64,000 nt of DNA from Macrostomum hystrix (GCA_950097015.1 CATNEN010000028.1:868001-932000); one strand, 5' to 3'; shown: positions 46,191-60,499, numbered from the stretch's first letter. Notes: generated by a model from the sequence alone, not told the origin. A program made the numbers and translations.

Positions 46191-46941
46191 TGAGTTTTCT
46201 TACATTTTTTCGTTAAAATCTGAGTCCACCAACTTGTGTTGAGTGCAAACCCATCCTTCTCACATCTACAAAAGGTGGATCTGATGAAAGGTGGAATATA
46301 GCTGGTTAGCAACAAAGAAAAATGGCTTAACAATTATGACAGCCCCCATGCATTGTGATCCAAAGTCGTTCTTCATACATGAAAAAAACGGAATAGAAAT
46401 ATAATAATAGCTTTAGAGAACTCGGAGATTGATAGGTGAAAAATATAGATAAACCTGCGCATGACCAATCTATATATTACAATCGACAATCATCACTCGC
46501 GGATCAAGTGACGCAAAGTGGATTCACAAAGGCGCTTAGCAACGGTTGCCTTATCCATAAATTAATTGATCAGCATTCGAATTCCTTTTTATATCTCTAA
46601 TACAGTGTGAATAGCCAGGATAAGAATGCGTGCCGCGAGAATTGCCTTGGGGCAGCATTGCCTTGCTCACACTATCTACGGCACCTTAAGAACAGAAATA
46701 AGAAAACTTGACACGCTCGTCAAAAGCAAACGATCCACCTCTGAGTGGGTGCTAAAAAAGAAGAAATCATTAAAAAAAAGTTCTGAGATCTATCTAAACC
46801 TAACGAGCAAAGATTTTGAAAATACTAAACGACTGACTTGGAAACACAAACTTTGAGTAAGGGAAATTGACAGATAAAAGTATTCGAAAGCTAGTGAAGA
46901 CCAAAGCTGGTTGCACATCTGACACTTACCCACTCGCTTGA

Positions 46942-46983
<42 letters not shown>

Positions 46984-48059
46984 ACTGATAGCACACACTC
47001 AAGGAACTAACACGGATCTCAAGTATGCCAACTAGTTTTCGACTGGCTGGTTGGTTTTGTTGCTAAGGCACAAGTAAAACATTATTTTCGCATGATCACA
47101 ATTTATTTTCGACGAGAAAATGACATTTATTTACAAATTGAGGCTGGCAAAGAATGTGCTTGTGAGTTTCTACGTTTTTCATTTCTACGTCTACGTGATA
47201 CGTTTTTCACACCGGTAATGATCTATAGGTGCCCACTAAATAGGGATTTCTGTCCCATGCCATGAATGATCCCAATCGGTGGTATTGCGTGCAAGCCGAC
47301 TAGACTTGTTAGAACCTGCAGGCTGCGCGCCTAGCTTGTACTAACAAAGGCTGCACGAAACAATTAAAATCACTTTTCTTCTAGAAGAAATAACAAAGAT
47401 TTTTTGTCGTTTTCTTTGAGAAAATGAAGCCATTATTTTTCTACCTATTTCAACCTGCGCGAAGTCACAGAGATTTCAATCAGCTACCATGCTGCTCTCA
47501 TTGTTGTTTCTTTCGATTCAAGACTAAAAAGAATCCTGTTTTCCTTTCTAATATAAAGATTGCTTTCCCTGTTGTTTAAAGATCTTCACTGAAGATCTTT
47601 TTAAATTGCTTTTTAGCTATACTTGTGTGTGTGTGTGTGGGCCATAATGCTACTGCATGGTGTTGACTGGTGATTGCGTCACCTGTATCAATTGTGGCCT
47701 CATTCTCACCACCCAAATTTTCGCATTCGAAGTCTTATTGAAATAATTTCATATATTTAGCAAGGACACAGTTCAGTGGAGCGTAAATTGGTCACAAAAT
47801 TCCACTTGTTATCCATCGCAGACTCTCAAATTGGGGATATATTTTAATTTCTAATTCGACTTGTTGAATAGCTCGGAAATTATTGATGCAAATATATTTG
47901 AGACCTTGGTGTTGCAATTGTTATTCGATTTTTCTCAAAATTGAAAAACGAATTTTGTGATGCCGAATGAGCTATGCCACCGCTCTCTGTGAAGCCTTTA
48001 AAAAACACCTGGAATGCCTTTTGAATAAATTTACGAGTAAACGCGAATTTTACTCGAGT

Positions 48060-48431
48060 TAAAGGATCTGAGGCAACCTCCAAGATACGCTGAAGGATCT
48101 GAGGCAACCTCCAAGATACGCTGAAGGATCTGAGGCAACCTCCAAGATACACTGAAGGATCTGGGGCAACCTCCAAGATACGCTGAAGGATCTGAGGCAA
48201 CCTCCAAGATACGCTGAAGGATCTGGGGCAACCTCCAAGATACACTGAAGGATCTGAGGCAACCTCCAAGATACACTGAAGGATCTGAGGCAACCTCCAA
48301 GATACACTGAAGGATCTGAGGCAACCTCCAAGATACGCTGAAGGATCTGAGGCAACCTCCAAGATATGCTGAAGGATCTGGGGCAACCTCCAAGATATGC
48401 TGAAGGATCTGAGGCAACCTCCAAGATACGC
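48060..48431. repeat. 31-bp minisatellite (CTGAAGGATCTGAGGCAACCTCCAAGATACG)n
   Basis: About 12 visible units. Confidence 0.95.
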
Positions 48432-49582
48432 TGGAAAAGGACTCGGGGTTTGAAGGTGGCAATCATTTCTATGTTGTTGAAAGCAGAATTGATGGTCTGA
48501 GAAAAGAATGAAAACAAATTTCCTATAAGCAGTCTAGTGGTTTTCTGTTTCTCAAAAAAGATTTGCATTTCCCTTCCGCAACTGGCGCAGCTGCAACTTG
48601 AACGCGCTGCATCGGCGGCGTTACTGGGGAATTCGCTCGCATGGCAACTACAGTTTTTCCATTGTATCCCGCCTCGATAATGGCGTAGGGTTTGCCTTAT
48701 ACCACCTGGAATTGTCCGGGACTGAAGCCTAAAGTGCCCACAAATATGATGCAGCTGTGAACTCAGATTGCCCAGTGATACAATGGCCATCATTGCTTCC
48801 GGCCTTTATAATCAGACTATATACTCGTATATAATGTACAATAGTTGCTAAGGTCGCTTTCCAGTTCTCAATCTATTCGAACAGGCCCCAGTCTTATTCC
48901 AAAATCAACATATTGGCCTACAACGTGTGTATTTCTATGAGCATCTGGCAATGCAATAGATGTTCATCTATTATCTTTTTAAAGCAATAGGCACGAATCG
49001 CCTCTAGCCTTGCAACAGATGTCTGCGCTTGTGGAACAGTGAAAGCGATCGCCTCCAGCTGGGGGCGGGCAGCTGATTGTGCCTCGCTTAAATTAGTCCG
49101 CGATTGCGTCACCAGTCCCCGCGCGGTCTTTGCCTGTCTGAATACTGTCTTTCAGAAGCAGAAGCTGCAGGATGTCACCAAGGTTTGGACAGCTGAAGCA
49201 GGGGAGGGGCATAAACTTCTCGCCAGTTGGCTTCGATGAGTGACTGAGAAGGACTCAGTGTGATTGCCAGTTGGCGAATGCTTTATAGGATTTTGGGGGA
49301 AAATTGAGAAATCTGATTTGGGATCAAAGAAAAAATGGACTCGTCAGAATCTTCGCCCATTCGGACCCAGATTTCCCCCTTCGGCCATTTATCCCATTAT
49401 TTATATTTCCCATAGGACCCCCGAAGGGATAGGACTAAATATATTCAGCAACAGTCCTCGTGGCTGCCTTGGACTCCGGATTGAAGATTCGGTGGGGAAA
49501 ATAGGGATAAATTGGAAGCAGAATGGGATAAGGAAATAATTAAAGTGGTTCAGAATAACATGTCCGCTAGATTCTGTAGGTA

Positions 49583-49930
49583 ACGAATGAAGGTTCAGCT
49601 GGAATCGAATGAAGGTTCAGCTGGAATCGAATGAAGGTTCAGTTGGAATCGAATGAAGGTTCAGCTGGAATCGAATGAAGGTTCAGCTGGAATCGAATGA
49701 AGGTTCAGTTGGAATCGAATGAAGGTTCAGTTGGAATCGAATAAGGATTCAGTTGGAAACGAATGAAGGTTCAGTTGGAATCGAATGAGGATTAAGTAGG
49801 AATCGAATGAATTAAATTATTCAGTTAGAATCAAATGAGGATTCAGTTGGAATCGAATGAATTAAATTATTCAGTTAGAATCGAATGAGGATTCAGTTGC
49901 AATCGAATAAAGATTCAGTTGGAATCGAAT
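49583..49930. repeat. 22-bp minisatellite (GGAATCGAATGAAGGTTCAGTT)n
   Basis: Array degenerating toward its right end. Confidence 0.9.
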
Positions 49931-49939
49931 GTATTAAAA

Positions 49940-50456
49940 TATTCTGTGGGATTCGATGGCAGATTCTGTGGGATTCGATGGCAGATTCTGTGGGATTCGA
50001 TGGCAGATTCTGTGGGATTCGATGGCAGATTCTGTGGGATTCGATGGCAGAGTCTGTGTGAATCGATGGCAGATTCTGTGGGATTCGATGGAAGATTCTG
50101 TGGGATTAGATGGCAGATTCTGTGGGATTCGATGGTAGATTCTGTGGGACTCGATGGTAGATTCTGTGGGATTCGATGGCAGATTCTGTGGGATTCGATG
50201 GTAGATTCTGTGGGATTCGATGGCAGATTCTGTGGGATTCGATGGCAGATTCTGTGGGATTCGATGGCAGATTCTGTGGGATTCGATGGCAGATTCTGTG
50301 GGATTCGATGGCAGATTCTGTGGGATTCGATGGCAGATTCTGTGGGATTCGATGGCAGATTCTGTGGGATTCGATGGCAGATTCTGTGGGATTCGATGGC
50401 AGATTCTGTGGGATTCGATGGTGTGGGATTCGATGGCAGATTCTGTGGGATTCGAT
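49940..50456. repeat. 22-bp minisatellite (GGGATTCGATGGCAGATTCTGT)n
   Basis: Homogeneous array adjacent to the previous one. Confidence 0.95.
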
Positions 50457-51219
50457 AACTAAGCATAGAGGAAGTAGATCTGTTATAACCTCAATCGAGA
50501 ATTTTACTCCCAGCTCGTACTTTCGCGTGACATTTTAGATTGACTAATCCAGCTAGTCTAATTAAAATCCTATTCTTCGATATTAGCATCGTATTTTCAG
50601 TGGGGGAAAGTGTTTTGGTTTGCCAGTCATTTGAAAATGTCGTAGTTAAATTCGGCCAAAGGAAGCCCAGCTTAAAAACTAGGTAACACAATTTGCACCT
50701 CTTTATCGGGTCCAGCTCTCGTTAGCAAGAATTGTGTGATTATCGTATGAAGAGGCACTGAGCTTTTTTGCAATCGCTTTAATTGAGCAGGACAGTGAAA
50801 TTAAAGGCCAATGACTAGGATAATTTGGTAGCACAATTTCCGCTCTGTTTAATTGACAAGTGTCAAGGCCGCGACCCGCTGACACCCTCAAAACCTTATT
50901 GTGGTGCCACTGATCCCTTGTCAAAATTGACCCTGGGGGCAAAAAAACAGGAGCTTATAAAGTAGTTTTACTTGCTTCTATTTGCACAAGCTCAAAAATG
51001 TTTAATTGGAGTTGCAAGTGAGCGAGCCACGAACACGCAAGAAGATGTGGTTGCGTAGGCAGTGCGAAATCTAAATTCAATGAAAAAAAGAAGTGTTTTT
51101 GGAAAATAAGGTATGATTCATTGCCTGTTTGATCTTGATGCTATTTTTTGTGACAGTTGGCGCATTGCCAGGCAAAGAATTTCGTAAGAAATGAGTTCTA
51201 CTAATCCTTGAAAATCGGT

Positions 51220-51611
51220 TCTAAGGACAGGATCCGCTCCCCTCATCCGCCCTTTCTAAGGACAGGATCCGCTCCCCTCATCCGCCCCTTCTAAGGACAG
51301 GATCCGCTCCCCTCATCCGCCCTTTCTAAGGACAGGATCCGCTCCCCTCTATCCGCCCCTTCTAAGGACAGGATCCGCTCCCCTCTATCTGCCCCTTCTA
51401 AGGACAGGATCCGCTCCCCTCATCCGCCCCTTCTAAGGACAGGATCCGCTCCCCTCATCCGCCCCTTCTAAGGACAGGATCCGCTCCCCTCATCCGCCCC
51501 TTCTAAGGACAGGATCCGCTCCCCGTCATCCGCCCCTTCTAAGGACAGGATCCGCTCCCCGTCATCCGCCCCTTCTAAGGACAGGATCCGCTCCCCTCTA
51601 TCTGCCCCTTC
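51220..51611. repeat. 35-bp minisatellite (CTAAGGACAGGATCCGCTCCCCTCATCCGCCCCTT)n
   Basis: About 11 units. Confidence 0.95.
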
Positions 51612-52182
51612 GCTCCTAAGTTTGTTTCACAAGTCTCTGTCTGCAGTCTGCATAGGCCATAGAGGCCAGCCGCTTTGTTTGCAAAACGTTAAAACTGGTC
51701 AAACACTGAGCGGCCATCGCTTCGGAAGAAGTGTCTGCAGGTGGGTCCATCGAGTATTGTTGTTGAAGTTTGAGCAGTTGGGCTATTTAGAGACCCGTCT
51801 AGTTTGAGCAGTTCCCTTTGTCCATTCTTGGACGGAGGCGAGAAGAGACAGGAGCGAGAGCGAGAGAGAAGAGAGGCCAGTACAAACAATAGCGTTATGC
51901 AGCCAAATACGAAATCTACCAAGTTGAAGAGGCCAGCGGTGCTCAGTGCCTCAGTGAATCGCTGAGTTTAAGCTTACTAGCTGGATGCAAGCGTTTAAGC
52001 CTATTGATGAGGAAAGTAATTTGAAATTTAGACATGACTGATTAGAATTGGGACAGTGAAAAACTATATTGCGTGGATCGAGGAACAACAATAGGCTTTG
52101 TCCACTTCTCCTATCATTCAGTATTTGGCATTTCATATATTCACCGTTTTCCACCAAACATTTTTCCCAGATCCTAAACTTC

Positions 52183-52550
52183 AAGATCCCCAAAGTCCCA
52201 GATCCCCAAAGTCCCAGATCCCCAAAGTCCCAGATCCCCAAAGTCCCAGATCCCCAAAGTCCCAGATCCCCAAAGTCCCAGATCCCCAAAGTCCCAGATC
52301 CCCAAAGTCCCAGATCCCCAAAGTCCCAGATCCCCAAAGTCCCAGATCCCCAAAGTCCCAGATCCCCAAAGTCCCAGATCCCCAAAGTCCCAGATCCCCA
52401 AAGTCCCAGATTCCTAAAGTCCCAGATCCCCAAAGTCCCAGATCCCTAAAGTCCCAGATCCCCAAAGTCCCAGATCCCCAAAGTCCCAGATCCCCAAAGT
52501 CCCAGATCCCCAAAGCCCCAGATCCCAAAGTCCCAGATCCCCAAAGTCCC
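52183..52550. repeat. 16-bp minisatellite (GATCCCCAAAGTCCCA)n
   Basis: About 22 units. Confidence 0.95.
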
Positions 52551-52915
52551 ATATCGTCAAAAGTCCCAGATTCAGAATCTTTCAGAAAACAAAATTCACT
52601 GATCTCAAAATCACAAATCCTCAAACTCCAAGATCTTTAAGTTCCGCTCATTAAAAAACTTCCAGATTCTAGACCGCATTACCTAATTATCACTGAAAAT
52701 TTCACATTTTCGAATTTCTAATATTCGAATGTTTTTCCCCTTTCATCCCTAAATCTCGTAAATTTGGCCTCCCTAAGTACACATACAGGCCATACAATCC
52801 TGGCACAGGAAATAAATAATGTCGGGAGGTTGATGTTGGAGTCCATAGAGAGAGAGGATTGTTGAGTAGATGGTTTGCTGAGCTTGATTTTCCATTTTGG
52901 CAGAGCAGCAGAAGC

Positions 52916-52947
<32 letters not shown>

Positions 52948-54914
52948 TAGAGTCCTTCCTGTTTCCTGATTTTTATCGACGAATTTTTTGGCCTGTGCAC
53001 ACAGACTCTGCACTTCCTTCTGTAAACTATTCTTAGCTTGAGCAGTCTGTGCTCAACTATTTCTGTTATAGGATGCATCCGTATAGAAGGAACAAAGACC
53101 CGCAATTCAATTTCATCCACGCTTTTATTCCCTATTTCCCGCTCTCGCTCTCTCAGCACTTCCTGCCCAAACCGGGGGACACGTGCATTGGCGGGATAAC
53201 TCAGGCCTCCAAAACGATCCCGGCCAGTGAGTTCAGGAAGCTTCAACTGGCACGACTGCGGCACGAATATGAATTCAGTTGAGTTTGATTTGATCGGAAA
53301 TTGCGTCAAAACCGAAGCCTAGGGGAGCTGGTGAAGGGAAGATGAAGGATGCCTGGTCTAGTTTCCGCTTTCTTTTGTCTAATTTTCTAAAAACTGCGTT
53401 TTTCTCTAGCCTCATCTCAGCTTCCGTTTTTATTGCCAGAATGGGATCATGCGTTAAAAATGGAACAATTTAATTCCTTAGCTTATCAACGTGCCCCATA
53501 TCTTAGCATTCTATGCTAAACTGAATTCTTTAGTATTGATTTTTTTAATGCTGATGATGGTAAAATTTCATTGTTCAAAAATCTTGCTTGAAATAAAAAT
53601 TTGGGCCAGGGGGGGTTTAACATCCTCAACTCAATCTGCTCAAGTGATTGTGTTCAGCCATCAGTTTAAATCTCTTCAATTGTTGAAATCATTATTATGT
53701 CCCAACAAAGACCAAAGTGGAGACACGGTGCGGAGTTGCTAGCTGACGATAATGCAACGACTGAATGCAAATATGGAACAGAAAGAACTGGCTGTTTCGT
53801 GAAGCTCCCGAGTCGATGCGGATCCCATTCTATTCTGACTTTTTTCCCTCATCAAACAGTCGCTTCTCCAACCCACCCCCCTCCCCAGTTTATTGCAGTC
53901 TCCGCTCAGCGCTTTGGGCTGCTGATGAGGAGCGAGCAAGTCACCTGACTGCCATGTGTGGGGGCTGCCTCTGTGCTCATGGCAGATTCTGCTGGTTTGA
54001 GCATAGAAAGAAGGCTCGATTTTTTATCAATCTAGTTGCAAAAATAAGCGGGTGCCCCGGACTTGCAGTTATGGGAGGCCCGCATTCAAGGACTCATCCC
54101 GACCACCGGTGCAGGGGGGGTCTGTCCCGGGGTCTCAGGATTGTGACCTTCAGTCTTTGCACCGACCTGAACTCATTCCAGCAACTTCCAATCGTTCTCT
54201 TAGTTTATTGCTTAATTTTATACTTTTATTGACGCTCTGTTATTTGGGTCTGGGCTGATGTTCTATTGCTGTGGTGAGAGCTTCAGATTTTGCTGGAAGT
54301 CCCAGATAATAGGGAGGTCAGTAGTTCGAATCGTAGCTATGCGCAGTCTTTTGGAAGCGCCTAGCAACAGCTTATCTTCTTCTCCTTTGAATTCTATCTA
54401 AAATGTGTCTGTCAGGTGTGTCTTCCTCGGGTTATAAGCGAGTCTTTCATCAGATAGTTATCCGCAGTTTGCTATCAAATTAATGCTTATTTTTTCAAAC
54501 AATCGTTTGGCCTCAAATCGCCGATAGCTTCATCAAACTCTCTTTATCTTCCAGCCTCCGTCACTCTTTGTCTGCAGGCACGTGGCTGCGGAGACTAAAC
54601 CGGTTGGCGGATCTTCATCTTCAACGCGACCAAACATTCAATCGCAACATTTTTTCATTTCTTTCCTCTTTTTTCCTGGAAAATACAATAAGCTAGCCAT
54701 TCTAATTCTGGGATATTCTCGCCACACTGAATATTGACTTTTGATTGATCAGTTTTGTCTGTGTCTTGGAGTGAGGCATAACCAAGCACTGAATTCTTTG
54801 CTTATGTATATGTTTCCTATACTAACCGTTTATATTTTTATAAAACAGCTTACTTGACACCATTGTTAAAATGATTATTATGAATTAAAGAATTCATAGC
54901 TAATGAAGCCAAAT

Positions 54915-56145
54915 CTCACTCACTCACTCACTGACTCACTCATGAACTCACTCATGAACTCACTCATGAACTCACTCATGAACTCACTCATGAACTCACT
55001 CATGAACTCACTCATGAACTCACTCACTCATGAACTCACTCATGAACTCACTCACTCATGAACTGACTCATGAACTCACTCATGAACTCACTCATGAACT
55101 CACTCATGAACTCACTCACTCATGAACTCACTCATGAACTCACTCACTCATGAACTCACTCATGAACTCACTCACTCATGAACTCACTCATGAACTCACT
55201 CATGAACTCACTCATGAACTCACTCATGAACTCACTCACTCATGAACTCACTCATGAACTCACTCATGAACTCACTCATGAAATCACTCATGAACTCACT
55301 CACTCATGAACTGACTCATGAACTCACTCATGAACTCACTCATGAACTCACTCATGAACTCACTCACTCATGAACTCACTCATGAACTCACTCACTCATG
55401 AACTCACTCATGAACTCACTCACTCATGAACTCACTCATGAACTCACTCATGAACTCACTCATGAACTCACTCACTCATGAACTCACTTATGAAATCACT
55501 CATGAACTCACTCATCAACTCACTCATCAATTCACGAAAGTACTCATGAAATCATGAACTCAATCATGAACTCACTCATGAAATCATGAAATCACTCATG
55601 AACTCACTCATGAACTCGCTCATGAACTCACTCATGAACTCACTCATGAACTCATGAACTCATGAACTCACTCATGAACTCATGAACTCATGAACTCACT
55701 CATGAACTCATGAACTCATGAACTCACTCACTCATGAACTCACTCACTCATGAACTCACTCATGAACTCATGAACTCATGAACTCACTCATGAACTCACT
55801 CGTGAACTCATGAACCCATGAACTCACTCACTCATGAACTCACTCACTCACTCACTCACTCATGAACTCACTCACTCACTCACTCATGAACCCATGAACT
55901 CACTCACTCATGAACTCACTCACTCATGAACTCACTCACTCATGAACTCACTCACCCATGAACTCACTCACTCATGAACTCACTCACCCATGAACTCACT
56001 CACTCATGAACTCACTCACTCATTAACTCATGAACCCATGAACTCACTCACCCATGAACTCACTCACTCATGAACTCACTCACTCATGAACTCACTCACT
56101 CATGAACTCATGAACTCATGAACTCACTCATGAACTCACTCTTGA
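54915..56145. repeat. Compound ACTC/ATGA repeat, modal unit (ACTCACTCATGA)n
   Basis: 8/12/16/20-bp variants built from 4-mers. Confidence 0.95.
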
Positions 56146-57644
56146 ACTTATGGTCGTTGGTACATACCAGCATGCTCACTTCTCAAAAGCACTAGGTTGC
56201 CAATTTATAGGCAAATCGGGCGGTCAGTTAGCCCCAAAAAGGAAAGCAAATGACAGCAGTGGTATCAGTTATTATTTAGAAAATTGAGGACAAGAGCCAG
56301 AGAGAGAATAGGAATGGCTCAGTTTTTGCTCGCGTTTGGCCTTGAAGGAATTCCACTGAGGATTCGGCGGTGCCCACCCCTGCCCCAGCTACCGTCTCAG
56401 TTTTCCTATTTGAGAGCGTGCGTTTGTGAGAAGCTGCAGATGCAGATGCAGCAATGATTTCTCCCACGAGCCCTATGCCAACTCCGCATTCAGCATCTGC
56501 CCCCAATGATGCAGGCGGGGGAGGATAGACTCGCCTAAATTCCCACTGCCTTCACAGTTTGCCTTAGTCTCAGCCTCTCCCAATCTCTTTCTCCCCATCG
56601 GACCGTTGGGAACTTATTGAAAAAAGGAGAGTAGATTGGAGCGATGCGAGAGTTCGCCTCGCAGCTGGGTGCTCTCTCGCTGTCTCTTATTCATTCGTTC
56701 ATTCATTCATTCATTCGTTCGTTCGTTCGTTGGTTTGCAGAGTCCTTTTTTTCTCCGCCTTCCGCAAAATATATAGAAGGAAAATAAATTTGCAGATTGT
56801 GGCGAGACGGGGCCAGCAATGGGAGATTGTCCGGATGGCGGATGCTGAGATGGAGGGCAAGCAGGCGAGCAGTCACCGACTCCCCCGCTGTCGGGGGTTT
56901 ACACAGCAAAGCAGAGCTTGCACAGCTGGCGCGATGAGAAGTCACCAGTTGGCAAGGCGGGGGGAGCTGTGTTTGTGGGGACCATTGGTCTGAGGCATTG
57001 CCGGCTTGGAGAACAGATCCCACCTGCTACAGCCGCCTCCCCCCACCGCCCCGGTTCCAATTTTTGTCCCCAGAAACCCTGAAAAGTGTTTCTCTCAGCC
57101 ACAGCTTGGAGCCGGGACCCCCGCCAAGGATTCAGGTGGGTGGAGCGGCTGGGAACCGAGAATAGGAAAGGTGAACCGGCTGGCTGATGAAGGAGAATGT
57201 ATGACTGGACCCCATCTGTCGAGACCATCTATGCTCTGCCCCTCGTGCCTAATATACCCCCTTTAGCTTCTTCTTTATACTTGGTCTGCTTCGCATCCAA
57301 CAAAAATGCCCTACAGGTGGCGGGTGGGGCCTATAGTTTTAGTTGCCTAGACCCACCACTCAGTCTCGCTCGCTAAAGATATGAAGTGAGAAGGAGCTGG
57401 TTGGGGGGGGAGAGTAACCCGCCAGCTGCGCCACTTTCTGCTCGCAATCCTCACTTTTCTCACGCTTTTTCTACTTTCCACTCATTTTTTCCTCTTCCCC
57501 TAAACTCACGCCAGGCGTAGACCACGCACTCATTATTCACTTTCCATTTTCTGCGGATCGCGGGCTCAAAATTTTTCATTTACGAGTTCCGCACCATCAA
57601 GCGACAACAGTAATGTGTATGGCAGGCGAGCCACCTGATGAGGA

Positions 57645-58145
57645 CCTGTCTACCTGCGTGTCTACTTTCCTGTCTACCCGCGTGTCTACTTTCCTGTCTA
57701 CCTGCGTGTCTACTTTCCTGTCTACCCGCGTGTCTACTTTCCTGTCTACCTGCGTGTCTAATTTCCGATCTACCTGCGTGTCTACTTTCCTGTCTACCCG
57801 CGTGTCTACTTTCCTGTCTACCTGCGTGTCTAATTTCCTATCTACCTGCGTGTCTACTTTCCTGTCTACCCGCGTGTCTACTTTCCTATCTACTTGCGTG
57901 TCTAATTTCCGATCTACCTGCGTGCCTACTTTCCTGTCTACCTGCGTGTCTACTCTCCTGTCTACCCGCGTGTCTACTTTCCTGTCTACCTGCGTGTCTA
58001 CTTTCCTGTCTACCCGCGTGTCTACTTTCCTATCTACTTGCGTGTCTAATTTCCGATCTACCTGCGTGCCTACTTTCCTGTCTACCTGCGTGTCTACTTT
58101 CCTGTCTACCCGCGTGTCTACTTTCCTATCTACTTGCGTGTCTAC
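57645..58145. repeat. 24-bp minisatellite (TCTACTTTCCTGTCTACCTGCGTG)n
   Basis: Tandem array; gives the spurious VDRKVDTQ ORF. Confidence 0.95.
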
Positions 58146-58791
58146 CTTCCTAACAACCTTCCTGACTACCCTCCTGTCTATCTTGTTAAGGCTACCTTCT
58201 CGGTTAGTAAGATAGTTAAATAGATAGATAGATTGAAAGACTGATTGATCTGCCCTACCCATCAACCTGTCTTTCATTACAAGTTTTAACTAACTTAGAG
58301 CCCCAATATTTTTTCGTGTATCTTACTCTTATATATTGTATGAACGAGTCAGGTCTTAAAAACGAATAGAATTATATTTTCCAGTATTTAATTAGAACAA
58401 CTTCAACCGATAGTATATTTATATAAAAGCAGATTTATTTCCAGGATCCGATAGACAAGCATAGCAAAAAGGTGCGGCATTTTCAATTGAAATGAGCGCA
58501 TTATAAAGTTAAGCAGATAGAGAAATATTAATACAAAATACACATTTTACTTACAATCGTCTGTACAGTGCAATATTACATTTTAAATTCTAGACATTGG
58601 CCTACAAATACAAGAAGTCGCTAACAAAATTGCTCAATCATTTGTTTAACTAGCTAGTGTGTACTTATCACAGGACTTGAAGCACTGATTTGCTATGACT
58701 CAAGCGACCTACTCAGGGAGAACAATTGAGACAGTTACAGGGTTGGGAAATAGGCACAGACTCACGAGCAGAAAAAACTCCCGACACCGAG

Positions 58792-58987
58792 TCACCAGGG
58801 CCGGTGCAGAGCCGACTCGGCCGAACTGTCGCGCATGAACGAGGCTCCAAGGAAAGCTGCCTGTTGAATGGGGATAATTTTAAGGGGAAAAATTAGGTTT
58901 GCGATAAAAAAGGAATCTAGAAATTTTAGTAAAAATTGGATGCTAAAGAGACAATGTACTTACTGCTGACACCTGGTGAGCGTAGGA

Positions 58988-59029
<42 letters not shown>

Positions 59030-59497
59030 ATACTCCTCATTGTTGTCGAAGCAGTCATCCTCATCTTCGTCCGTCGCATTCAGATCGGCGAACGGTCGCC
59101 GACTGCGCAGGCTCCGCTCCAGGGCGGCTTTGCTCTCGCGAATGGCCACGCGGTACAGGTCCTCGCTGAGGTGCTCCGTCAGCTGCTCCTCCAGGTCGAT
59201 GATGTAATCAATGGCGGCCTGCAGGATCTTCAGTTGGCCACCGTGCGAGTCGCTGCTGACGCCAGACTTCGGAAGCCACGGTATGGCCTGGTGCAGCATC
59301 TCGAAGCTCTCGACTACCTCGCCTGTGGCCTCGTCAACGGCTGGCAAGCAGTCACTGCCGCCGCCGCCGCAGCAGCAGTCGAAGTTCTCCAGCTCGTCGT
59401 CGGAAGCGTGCGTGACTGCAGATAGCGTCGGCTTCTCGTAGGCCGAGTCCTGCACGAGGACCTCCTGGCTGACAATCTTGCGGCTGCTAGTGTCCAT
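58792..59497 (-). CDS. Id/extramacrochaetae-like HLH inhibitor (no basic region)
   Basis: Main exon 59497-58973: ESFEMLHQAIPWLPK..QLKILQAAIDYIIDLEEQL (Id/emc HLH), acidic rather than basic residues before helix 1, RRPFADLN similar to the Id2 RTPLTTLN D-box, polyQ. Probable short last exon 58860-58792. Confidence 0.85.
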
Positions 59498-59599
59498 GAC
59501 TCTGGTTCACACTGAGTCTGTTGCTTTTGAATTGTTAAATTGCCGAATGAAATTCGCTGCCTGTGGAGTATGTGGCTTTATCGGCGATGACAGGGCCCT

Positions 59600-59685
59600 G
59601 CTATTTATGAGGAATGAGGCCTCCCCACCCCGGTCAGTGTGGGTCTTGGCCGCGCCCGCAATTGGTCGAATTTGCCAGCCAATGA
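59600..59685 (-). promoter_or_regulatory. Putative core promoter of the Id-like gene
   Basis: CATAAATA TATA-like motif on the minus strand (59602-59609), a CACCC box and two CCAAT boxes (59661-65, 59679-83), ~100-190 nt upstream of the ATG. Confidence 0.4.
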
Positions 59686-60380
59686 GAAGCCGACTCGCCT
59701 TAAACCAGCCTCGATCCGCACGGAGGCTGGAACACCTGTCAGGGCTTTCCCAACGCCGCCAATTTGGGGGCCTCGCTCAGTCTCTGGGGCCAGGCCGGGA
59801 GGTCCGCCAGCCCACCAACCCCTCGACCTTCAACATCCCGCAAACACACGCTGAGGAGGAAGCTGACTCGCCCGCACCCACCCAGAGAGAGAAAGAGAGG
59901 GGAAGCACCTGGTGTGTGTGTGTGTGTGTTCTGTGTAATCCCCAGGCCCAGTTGCTCGGCACAGACAAGCCGCCTGCCCATAATGGAGGCCTCCTTCAAC
60001 TAACCGGCCGAATCGCATCTGGCGCATTTCTTGCTGCCTTGACGTGTAACACCAACCAGATCGCAGAGCACACCTGACACTTGGCCTACCACCCGCCCCA
60101 CTCCCCTCGATCCCACAGCATCCGGGATGCATAGGCAGATGAGCCAGATGAAACCGCTCAATCGTCAGCCACCTGGTCGCATTGTGATTGGGAACAACTG
60201 TACAGAGGGACGGTTGCGTTTCACTCGAAATCTTCAATTTCATTAATTTTTTGATACATTTTTTTCGTTTGGATTCTTTTTTTGCAAAGAAAATCTTTCC
60301 TGCACCGTCACGCATGCCTAGATGACACCTGCAGCTCTGGCATTTGGGACGAAATGTACTATTCGAATAAAGGAACATTA

Positions 60381-60485
60381 TAGATCAGGGGCATTAGGGA
60401 TCAGGGGCATTAGGGATCAGGGGCATTAGGGATCAGGGACATTAGAGATCAGGGACATTAGGGATCAGGGACATTAGGGATCAGG
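60381..60485. repeat. 16-bp repeat (GATCAGGGGCATTAGG)n
   Basis: About 6 units leading into the 19-bp array. Confidence 0.85.
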
Positions 60486-60499
60486 GATTCATGGAATTT

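Noticed and set aside
48059-48793. 244-aa minus-strand ORF
   Set aside because: Half is the 31-bp satellite; the unique half has no recognisable domain.
57597-58277. VDRKVDTQ repeat protein
   Set aside because: 24-bp satellite downstream of the Id-like gene; open on both strands by chance.
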